Source: Candidatus Eiseniibacteriota bacterium (lineage in GTDB: Bacteria > Eisenbacteria > RBG-16-71-46 > CAVPCR01). From it: a stretch of DNA of 64,000 nucleotides. Where the stretch lies: positions 1,088,001 to 1,152,000 of the forward strand of contig CAWGMA010000001.1 of the NCBI GenBank assembly GCA_963823555.1. The letters are read 5' to 3'. The position numbers were made by a program, and so were the translations under genes. How positions within the stretch are numbered: the first letter of the stretch is position 1; each line of letters starts with the position of its first letter. Positions 30,001-37,106 of this stretch are shown piece after piece. The notes beneath the pieces are model-generated. The model saw only the letters and a program-made list of their open reading frames with translations. It was not told the DNA's origin and ran no database searches.

Positions 30001-31376
30001 GTCGCCGGGTCGGTGCCTTCCATGCGGCAGGCGATGCCGGCCTGGTCGATGCCGGTGGCATCGGCACCGTCCCCCCATGTGATCTCGACCGAAGCCACAT
30101 CCTGCTGGTAGGTGAAGATGGCGGTGGCGAATCCGGCGGCGGTGTTCTCCAGCTCGGCGCCGTTGACCACGAAATCAGGACCGCGCCAGTCCGGACCGGG
30201 AGCGGGCATGTTCCGCGAGAACGAATCGGCGTACGAGTTGGGATCGACGATGGTGCTTCCGGAGGCGACGTTGGACATCGCCGACAGGTTGCCTGCGTCA
30301 TCCATCAGCTTCAGCGCGAAGTTGTAGCTGGTGGACGGCGCGAGACCGGAGAGGCGGGTTCCGGTGAGGGCGAGCCCGGGACCGATTCGCTCGTAGTCCC
30401 CACCCTGGTTCTGGGCTCGGAAGTTGGCGGCCGAGATACTACCGGTCGCATAGCGGGCGTCGGCATAGGCGGGGTTCCCCGACAGGCCGTCATCCCCGGT
30501 GTTGGTCCAGATGAGGAGCACCCTGTCGCCGCTCACCGTGCCCACCGCCAGGTCGTCGACGGCATCCGGTGGGGTCGCGTCGTTGACCGCCTCGCGCACG
30601 GCCGTGAGGTAGACATCGGCCATCTCGCTGTAGCCGCGGTCATTGGGATGGAGATTGTCGTACATCCAGTCGTTGGGACCGCCGGAGAAGAGGTCGGGGT
30701 TGGTCAGGAAATGCTGGTAATGGTCGGCCAGGGTGACGCGTTCGGGCGTGCCGGTGGCAGCCCCGTTGCGGTAGTCGAGCACCATGCGCACGACCTCGCG
30801 GTTGAAGGTCTGCGTGTCCTCGGCCCGTCCGCCCAGGGGAATGACGCGGCTCACCACCACGCGACCGACCCCCTCGGACAGGGCATATTCGATGAGAGCC
30901 CCCAGATCGCCACTGGCCGTCGTGGTCGGAGTCGAGTGGTTGGTCGACCACGGCGCGTAGGGTCCGGGGGTGGAGTTCAGGTCATTGGTGCCGAGGTGGA
31001 TGGCGATGACCTCGGGGGTGTGACCGGCAATCACCGGCCCCAGATCATAGGTGCCGCCGGAGAGGAAGTTCTCGATGCGGGATCCTCCGTTGAAGAACCC
31101 GCGGTAGGGATCGGTGCCCGAGGGGCCGACGAAGTCATAGGTGCCGACCGCGTTCAGGTACTGATGGAGCAGAGGTCGGAAGCCGCGGTCGTCCGTCGAC
31201 CGCACGCCATGGGTGATCGAGTCGCCGGTCGGCATGAAGCGTACGGCCGTTGCCGCTGGGGCCAGGGCGGCAAGGAGGAGGATTGCGAGGCCGGTGCCCT
31301 GCGTGATCGCGGCCGGGCGGAGGCGCGAGGCATCCGGATTCGGAAGCAGGGCGAAGAGACTCTGGATCCAGCGCAC
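27045..31376 (-). CDS. Large secreted protein: SGNH hydrolase + FN3 + 3x(beta-sandwich + FN3-like) + PVEL domain + T9SS-like/FlgD-Ig CTD
   Basis: AAAGGAG RBS then GTG at 31376; signal peptide; GDSIT, LGTND, DNLHPN; DATPPDAVDDL..WTNTGDDG; three DxF..GPxW modules; SPVELSSLSA..WATSYE; VAPNPAT..FDASGRRV..WDGRTAGGERASSGVYFARL. Confidence 0.85.
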   Translation of the reverse strand: MRWIQSLFALLPNPDASRLRPAAITQGTGLAILLLAALAPAATAVRFMPTGDSITHGVRSTDDRGFRPLLHQYLNAVGTYDFVGPSGTDPYRGFFNGGSRIENFLSGGTYDLGPVIAGHTPEVIAIHLGTNDLNSTPGPYAPWSTNHSTPTTTASGDLGALIEYALSEGVGRVVVSRVIPLGGRAEDTQTFNREVVRMVLDYRNGAATGTPERVTLADHYQHFLTNPDLFSGGPNDWMYDNLHPNDRGYSEMADVYLTAVREAVNDATPPDAVDDLAVGTVSGDRVLLIWTNTGDDGLSGNPAYADARYATGSISAANFRAQNQGGDYERIGPGLALTGTRLSGLAPSTSYNFALKLMDDAGNLSAMSNVASGSTIVDPNSYADSFSRNMPAPGPDWRGPDFVVNGAELENTAAGFATAIFTYQQDVASVEITWGDGADATGIDQAGIACRMEGTDPATADGYIVYRNTEPTDQTVVLREVVNGQPGALIATSPGAAAGPQAGDRFKVVLTTDATGHHFSAFINGQPDAVVTDPQKRRGNGTYWCGVIGDGQLNNNVANWQVETNPVNLPPSPFDLLAPANGITLANLNPYFDWQNSLDPNGDPITYTLYYSTDPGFSPSTTTTVADLTESFFAQGEPILPNRTFYWKVRAEDPQGAFTYSTTTRSFSTGNIQQLGDDFERTAIGPNWTVTPGAYALSNGELDGLEPGYSNIATYRLAENPVSIEWQWSETADPVALGQAGGLIGLDANTATANGYFVFRNSIGAQRWGVFAVVNGVLSGSLGIDQPGRGPLPGPGDVIRVVFTKTASAHIFDCYVNGVFDARMTDSQRRYGLAPATYSGLLLGENAANNVESFAAMGANLNLPPEPFALLEPADGSLIYSLSPLLRWEAANDPNPGDQLSYTVIYDTDPGFASPDSLPPTTSTETTYSGNLVSGEPIYWRVVVTDGAGATAPSIQTWSFQFAPILTFIDDFNRAELGPNWSGDTNVIKIVSNELKNTANGSTFDIAVYAARSNPDAVEFTWSPSANLDGIRRGGLALRLNNTTGNPSGYFVYIDPVTNRSQLAQINNGNATSPLADAAGQTDPPGPGKRFKVALSSDAAGHHFDISVDGVFHSRLSDPNRRQGNGTVLYAGVALRGGYANSLDDFTMTAFNFGPPPTSFALLVPAHQDTGVAVAPTFRWRAAGEPGLRYTVYVGTDSSFATADSVAALTDTTAAWPTPLALATDYVWRVRATDGPNSSFNENGWHRFRTTTFSPVELSSLSARTEPGAIVIEWATSYERDHLGFHVWRAEDAAGSLVRLTAADALVTGRSPYTFTDRAVTPSQSYRYWIEAVGLDGSSERYGPVMASAPGLVLALHPVAPNPATPPASIRFDLPAPATVELLIFDASGRRVSEVLRGPLAAGSHIATWDGRTAGGERASSGVYFARLVVGDFQTSRKLLLLR
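27620..30227 (-). repeat. Three tandem ~293-aa intragenic modules (879-nt period)
   Basis: DSFSR (30227), DDFER (29348) and DDFNR (28469) are each 879 nt apart. Shared motifs: GPxW, PxxGxxFKV, GHHF, DPxRRxGxGT, PPxxFxLLxPA, WxVxAxD. Confidence 0.8.
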
Positions 31377-31720
31377 GGGTGGTGTCACTCCTTTCGCCTT
31401 GACGATCCCATGACCGGGGCGAAAACCGCACCGGAACCGAAAAGCATGCGTCAACCCGCAGCCTGTGTGTTCCGGGAGCAGGCAGGAGCCGATTCCTGCG
31501 GGAGTGTTTGATTCCCCGCGCCGGAGCCCCGAGCTCCTGCTGGGTTCGGCGCGGGATCTTAGCCGGTTCGGGCGGGGGAGGCCAGTGGGCTTTTTGCGGG
31601 GGGCGGTGAAAATCCGAGCGCCCCCGCCGTCCCCCGTCATGTTCCCTAGGTGGTTTGCCTGTCTGTAGTTGTCCGATCCTGGGTGGTCACCTGGGGGATG
31701 GGGCAGGGCAGGCGGGCATT

Positions 31721-32545
31721 CTAGATCTGGAGCAGTTCTCGCACGGGGGCGAATGGGAATTGCCTGAGGAGGCGCTCGAGCTTGGGCTCCACAGTGCCCA
31801 GACCATGGTAGTGCAGCACTCGCTCCTTGAGCGGCAGGTCGAGGCGTGGCTTCTCGCGGTCGAACTCCGGAGGATGGACGTAGATGACCGCCGGTTGTCC
31901 CTGGCGGTTGAGCCGCTCGATCCCCCAGGCCAGAAAGGAGGCGGGAAACAGCCGCATGTAGAATCCGCCGCCGATCGGGATCCGGCGGCCGCCGACGGCG
32001 ATGGTCGCGGGCGGCACCTCATAGAAGCGGCGCCCTCCCTCCTCGCGGAGCAGGTGGGGGCCGGGTGGGGTGCCGGGGATCCCATAGAGGTAGGTCTTCA
32101 CCGGATAGATGCTCGAGTCATAGGTGAACCCCTCGGCGAAGAGAATGTCCAGCGCCCATCGCGAACGCTCGGTGATGGTCCAGTAGGCGGCGCGAAACCC
32201 CATCACCGACTCGCCGGTCACCGTCTCGAGAATGGAACGCGAGCGCCGGAGATCGGCGCGGAACTCCTCCGGGGTCTGGTCATAGACCAGACGGTGGTCC
32301 CAGCCATGGCTCGCGATCTCGTGCCCACCGCGCTGGACCGCACGCACCAGGTCCGGGTGGCGCTCAGCCACCGCGCCGAGGACGAAGAAGGTGGCTCGCG
32401 CCTGGTAGCGGTCGAGGAGGGCGAGCAGCCGGTGGGTGGGGGCGACAAGGCGATCTTCGAGACCGTCCCGCTCGGCCGGCGAGAGGGAGTAGACGGAGTG
32501 GTACCAGTCCTCGAGATCGACGGTGAGGGCGTTCGTCGTGGTCAT
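31721..32545 (-). CDS. Polysaccharide deacetylase (PEP-CTERM/XrtA-locus type, DUF3473 tail)
   Basis: ALTVDLEDWYH, ATFFVLG, GHEIASHGWDH, GFRA, YDSSIYP, IGGGFYMRLFP, YVHPPEFD. Confidence 0.88.
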   Translation of the reverse strand: MTTTNALTVDLEDWYHSVYSLSPAERDGLEDRLVAPTHRLLALLDRYQARATFFVLGAVAERHPDLVRAVQRGGHEIASHGWDHRLVYDQTPEEFRADLRRSRSILETVTGESVMGFRAAYWTITERSRWALDILFAEGFTYDSSIYPVKTYLYGIPGTPPGPHLLREEGGRRFYEVPPATIAVGGRRIPIGGGFYMRLFPASFLAWGIERLNRQGQPAVIYVHPPEFDREKPRLDLPLKERVLHYHGLGTVEPKLERLLRQFPFAPVRELLQI

Positions 32546-32563
32546 GAACCGGGATCCCCGCCT

Positions 32564-33325
32564 TCAGGCCGCGGCCTGGCGTCTCCCGGCCCGGGAGGCT
32601 CTGGCCGCGCGGCTCTGCCGGCGCCAGCCGCGCGACAGCTGGGAGAGGCGGAGCACCTGCTTGAGGGCCCGCGGCACCCGCCGGTAGATGTTGACGGGGG
32701 CCGGGCGGATCTCGTGCACGGCGATCGGGATCTCGACGATCCTGAGTCCCAGGTACTGGGCGCGGACGATGAGCTCGGTGACGAAGACGTCGCGATCGGT
32801 CTCGCAGATCTCGACGATGTCAGCGACCGCCTGGCGGCGGAGCGCCTTGAGGCCATGCGTATCCGTACCACGGAAGCCGACCAGGATCCTGAGGAGAACG
32901 TTGAAGACCTGGGTTGCGAGGCGGCGGGCGAAGGGCCGGGTGTCACGGGCGCCCCGAGCCCGCTTCGAACCGATCACGATGTCCGCGCTATCGAGCTCCG
33001 ACAGGGCGAGGCGGATGAAGGTCACATCCCAGAAATCGATCTCGAAGCAGACAAGCACATCCCCCCGCGCCACCCGCATCCCGGTCCGCAGGGCGCCCCC
33101 GTAGTTCGGTTCGTGGTAGTTGAGGATCCGGACACGCGGAACCTCCTGTGCCAGCCTGGTGCCGATGGCCGACGTCTCGTCCTTGCTGCCATTCTCGCAG
33201 ACGATGATCTCGTAGTCGTAGCCCACCGAGTCGAGTTCGCGGACCAGGGCCCGCAACGACTGCTCGAGGATCCCTTCCTCGTTGTACACCGGGATCAGGA
33301 TCGATAGCTGTGGCGGAGCGTTCAT
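32564..33325 (-). CDS. GT2, polyprenyl-phosphate glycosyltransferase-like
   Basis: LSILIPVYNEE, CENGSKDET, NYGGALRTG, EID in place of DxD, IVIGSKR, TDTHGLKA; TGATG coupling. Confidence 0.8.
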   Translation of the reverse strand: MNAPPQLSILIPVYNEEGILEQSLRALVRELDSVGYDYEIIVCENGSKDETSAIGTRLAQEVPRVRILNYHEPNYGGALRTGMRVARGDVLVCFEIDFWDVTFIRLALSELDSADIVIGSKRARGARDTRPFARRLATQVFNVLLRILVGFRGTDTHGLKALRRQAVADIVEICETDRDVFVTELIVRAQYLGLRIVEIPIAVHEIRPAPVNIYRRVPRALKQVLRLSQLSRGWRRQSRAARASRAGRRQAAA

Positions 33326-34662
33326 CACTCGACCTCGGCGCTGATGATGCGACCGGCCGCATCCTGACCGCTGTGGATCGCGTCTTCCATTGAACTGTAT
33401 TCCCATGCCCCGTACCGGCCAACACTGAAAATACCGCGGCTCTGCAGGTATCGCTGGACCGCATCCACCGCCCTTCTGCGGGCGTGGTCGTACAGGACGT
33501 AGGCGCAGGGGATCTCGAACACGGCTTCGACGCCGATGCGGTCGCCGCGCCTCAAGATCCCGATCCGCTCGAGATCCGACTTCACCTGCTTGACCACTGC
33601 GGCCTGGTCGATGGGGTGCTCTCCGGAGAATGCCACCTCAGCGGTGACCGAACTGGCGCCGGGAGGCGCGACGTGGGGCGAGGAGTTCGAGGGGAAACCA
33701 AGCCGGTAGAAGCTCCACTCCGGTTCGGGGAAGTAGACCCAGTTGTAAGGTGAAAGCTCGCGCCCCTCGATCCCGAGGTGCACTGAAAGGACTGAATTGT
33801 GCCGCAGTCGCGTCCCCGCGGCGCGGACTGCATCCGGGACCGGGCGCAAGATACTGACCAGCCGGTCGAGGGGCATGGTGCTGATGAGCGATTCGTACTC
33901 GAGGACCGATTCACGGTCGCGGAGTCGCAGCCGGCGCTTGTCAGGGTCGATGGCGATGACTTCCTCACCCAGTCGCAGCGCGCCGGCGCCGGCCGCAATC
34001 GCGCTCGGAAGCACCTGGATTCCACCCTGGATGGGGTACAGAAAGTGCGCGTTGTAGCCGAAGGGGCGGTCGCGCTTGTCGACGAGGGCGCCATCGATGA
34101 CCTCCTCGAGGCTCGGGCGCGGGACGAACCGGCCCATCCACTCGGTCGTCATGTCGCGTGGCGGGATGGTCCACAGCTTGGTGTTGTACGGGATCATGAA
34201 GTGCTTGGCAATGCCGGCGCCGAGGGTCGAGAGGATCCACTCCTCGAAGTTCTGATCAAGACTCTCGACGCTCGTCTGGCTGCCCGTCCCATCGGCTCGA
34301 GAGGCCATCGTCGCCTCGACAAAGCCGAGCACGCACTCCTTGACGACCTCGGCCGGCAGGCCATGGGTGTTGGCCTGAAATGGGTAGGGCGTGTAGATCC
34401 CGTGCGAGTAGATCCAGGCCTTGCGCGTGACCTGGTGGATGTTGTCACCGCAGAGCGACAGGATCCACTCCCGGATCTCGGGATGGCGGAAGTGCAGGAA
34501 GTGGCCTGTGTAGTCGAAGGTGTAGCCGTCGATGATCTCCGAGCGGCAGAGCCCGCCGGGGCGGTGCTCCCGCTCGAGGACAGTGACGTCATCGCGCCCC
34601 GCGCGCCGCAGGTCGTGCGCTGCGGTGAGGCCGGCCAGTCCCGCTCCGAGGATGACGATCAT
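33325..34662 (-). CDS. FAD-dependent oxidoreductase, UDP-galactopyranose mutase-like
   Basis: ILGAGLAGL, PGGLCRS..GYTFDYTGHFLH, FMIPYNTKLW, FLYPIQGG, WVYFPE..FYR, GRYGAWEY. Confidence 0.72.
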   Translation of the reverse strand: MIVILGAGLAGLTAAHDLRRAGRDDVTVLEREHRPGGLCRSEIIDGYTFDYTGHFLHFRHPEIREWILSLCGDNIHQVTRKAWIYSHGIYTPYPFQANTHGLPAEVVKECVLGFVEATMASRADGTGSQTSVESLDQNFEEWILSTLGAGIAKHFMIPYNTKLWTIPPRDMTTEWMGRFVPRPSLEEVIDGALVDKRDRPFGYNAHFLYPIQGGIQVLPSAIAAGAGALRLGEEVIAIDPDKRRLRLRDRESVLEYESLISTMPLDRLVSILRPVPDAVRAAGTRLRHNSVLSVHLGIEGRELSPYNWVYFPEPEWSFYRLGFPSNSSPHVAPPGASSVTAEVAFSGEHPIDQAAVVKQVKSDLERIGILRRGDRIGVEAVFEIPCAYVLYDHARRRAVDAVQRYLQSRGIFSVGRYGAWEYSSMEDAIHSGQDAAGRIISAEVE

Positions 34663-34667
34663 GTCGT

Positions 34668-36815
34668 TTACTCGGACCCGGAGCCGCCTTCTCCTGTCGC
34701 GGCGCTTTCGGGTGTCGCCGACGGCTGAGCGGCCGGGAGCGGATTGATGCGATAGAGGGACCAGATGCGATCACGCCCCGTGGTGAAGACGAGTGTCGTT
34801 TGCTCGGCGATGAACTTCTTGCGACGGGCGTTCTCCTCGACGGCCCAGCGGCTCTGGTACACCACATCGGGCCAGCCCGTGCCCATCTTCTCGAGATCCC
34901 ACTCGGGACAGATGACCAGGTATTCCGGGCGGGACTCCCGCTGGGTGACCGGATAGCGCGAGCGGTCCTTGATGTCGCGGTCCCTGTCGATCGAGAGCCA
35001 CCACGGCTTGCTCCAGCTCCACCCGGCGATGATGGCGTCGGGCTCGGTGTTCGTATCCACGAAGGCGACGAACTCGCGATAGGGAGCCCCGATCTCGATC
35101 TCACCACGGTGGATTTCGTCGATCTGGGCGAGGAGCGGGACCGCTGTCTTGCCGATCACGACCAGGGCCAGGGCGCCGAGCAGGCAGCCGCGGAGCGCCG
35201 CCATGCCCGCTGCCGGGCGCCAGCGTTCCGCCGCCTTCCAGCCGTCGACCACGAGCTTCGCCGTGAAGATCTGCAGGAAGGGCATGATGTAGAGGATGTG
35301 TTGCAGGGGCAGATCATAGCTGAAGAGGATCCACCACACGAACCACATCACCGTGAAGACCATGAGATAGAGGGGCACCGGATCGAGCCGCCGCCGCAAG
35401 AGGACGATCGCGTAGGCGATGCCGGGCAGGGTGAGAAACACCCCGAGGATCGACCAGAAGTCCATCTGGGCGAGGGTGACGAAGGGGCGGGCGATGGCGA
35501 AGAGCGACTCCACCTGTCCCTCACCGGTGGAGAAGCCGACGGCGCGCCGCATGTGCTGGTTCCACAGGCGGGAGAGGTGGGCCGTTTCGCCCTGCAGGCC
35601 GAACTGGCTCACCCGCATGATGAAGAACGCGACGGTCGACGTCAGGAGTCCGAGCAGCGGCAAGAGGTATACGCGGCTCGGGAGGCGGCGGCGAGCGAGG
35701 GCCAGGATGCCATAGGTGCCGATCGCCGCCAGGATCGAGAACAGGAAGAGCCACTTGGACTGGAACGAGAGCCCGAAGAAGATCCCGGCGATGTAGAGCT
35801 TCCAGTTGCTCGGGCGTGTAATCGCGGCGCCGAAGAAGATGAGACCCATCATGAGATAGGCGAGTGCCGGGGCCTCGCCCATCCCACCTTCCACGTATCC
35901 GCAGGCGGGTCCGTAGAAGATGTTGGCCGGGTGCAATGTGAAGAAGAGGAGGCCGAGGAGCACGGCCCCACCGCCGTAATGGCGGCGCAGCGCGCCGTAG
36001 CTCAAGAGGAGAAAGAAGACGAAGAAGGCGATCGCGACCGCGTTCGCCACCGCAAAGCGAATGCCGAACACAGCGAAAGCGATGGCGGTGGGAACCAGCA
36101 TCGCCGGTCCGGTCGTGATACGAAACGTGTCCTGGTCGAAGCCCTCGATGCTGCGCAGCGCGTACTTGCCGTAGAGGACCAGGTTCTTCGGCGGCTGCAC
36201 GTTGATGCCTTCGGCATGGAAGAGGGGTTGCACCGATCGGGCCCAGAGGGCCATGCCGATCACGAAGGCGATGAGCAGGATCAGGAAGATCGGTTCGCGG
36301 GCCCGGGAGGGGATGGCGTGGGGGAGGGCACACAGGACGACCCAGATGGCTCCCGCCACGACGCGGGCAAAGCGCCAGACGAGGGCGACCGCGGCGATGA
36401 TGACCGTTTCGAGGCCGCGGTACAGCACGATCGCCCAGTCGGCGGCGATGGCGAGTCCGAGGGCGATGAGGCCAGCGGCGAGGGAGATCGGGCGGAGCGC
36501 GGCCACCTGGCCTGCGGTTCTGGCGCTCAGTTCGCCGTCGGGGCTCAGGTTCGCCGCGACGAAGCGCACGATCGCATCGGCGCTGGCCAGGGCCCCGATG
36601 GCGACGAGCCCAGCGCCCACCACGGCGAGGCCGAGGCGTACGAGGTTGACTGGTAGTCGGGCATCCCAGGCTGAAGCGTCGGCAACAGGAGGAATCGTGC
36701 CATGTCGCACGCCGTCCCTGCTACGTGCCGTTTCCTGAGCCGCCGCGGACCCCGGCCCCCCAGTGGGCTCGTTTCGCGAAGGACTCAATGGACTCCTCGC
36801 GCCGGCATGCTGCAT
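34668..36815 (-). CDS. GT-C (ArnT/PMT-like) multi-pass membrane glycosyltransferase; start uncertain
   Basis: About 13 TM helices; HAEGINVQPPKNLVLYGKY..ITTGP, MGEAPA, GLSFQSK; periplasmic C-terminal domain. Confidence 0.65.
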   Translation of the reverse strand: MQHAGARSPLSPSRNEPTGGPGSAAAQETARSRDGVRHGTIPPVADASAWDARLPVNLVRLGLAVVGAGLVAIGALASADAIVRFVAANLSPDGELSARTAGQVAALRPISLAAGLIALGLAIAADWAIVLYRGLETVIIAAVALVWRFARVVAGAIWVVLCALPHAIPSRAREPIFLILLIAFVIGMALWARSVQPLFHAEGINVQPPKNLVLYGKYALRSIEGFDQDTFRITTGPAMLVPTAIAFAVFGIRFAVANAVAIAFFVFFLLLSYGALRRHYGGGAVLLGLLFFTLHPANIFYGPACGYVEGGMGEAPALAYLMMGLIFFGAAITRPSNWKLYIAGIFFGLSFQSKWLFLFSILAAIGTYGILALARRRLPSRVYLLPLLGLLTSTVAFFIMRVSQFGLQGETAHLSRLWNQHMRRAVGFSTGEGQVESLFAIARPFVTLAQMDFWSILGVFLTLPGIAYAIVLLRRRLDPVPLYLMVFTVMWFVWWILFSYDLPLQHILYIMPFLQIFTAKLVVDGWKAAERWRPAAGMAALRGCLLGALALVVIGKTAVPLLAQIDEIHRGEIEIGAPYREFVAFVDTNTEPDAIIAGWSWSKPWWLSIDRDRDIKDRSRYPVTQRESRPEYLVICPEWDLEKMGTGWPDVVYQSRWAVEENARRKKFIAEQTTLVFTTGRDRIWSLYRINPLPAAQPSATPESAATGEGGSGSE

Positions 36816-37106
36816 GACGGAGCGCCGGAAGGCGGATCCGCAGCGTCGAGGTGAGGCGGACCACGCAGCTTCGCACTCGCTGTCGCTGCCCACCCCACGT
36901 CCAGTTGGCGACCATGAGGCGGCAGGCGATCGTAGGCGGGTATCTTAGCGGCCCCCCGGGCTGGCCGCAAGCCCCGCCAGCCGGACCCCGGCCCCTGCTT
37001 TGGCCGACGGGTCCTCTACGCAGGGGGCTTGAGTTGCGAAACGAGCCGATTTCATGCGAAAATCTATTCCTTGCCGGTCTAGGTCGACCGGCACAGGAGA
37101 CGTCTC

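Noticed and set aside
31640..31680. GGCAAACC on the minus strand resembling a c-di-GMP-I riboswitch
   Set aside because: Lacks the GAAA-capped P2 and the GACGCAAAGC segment.
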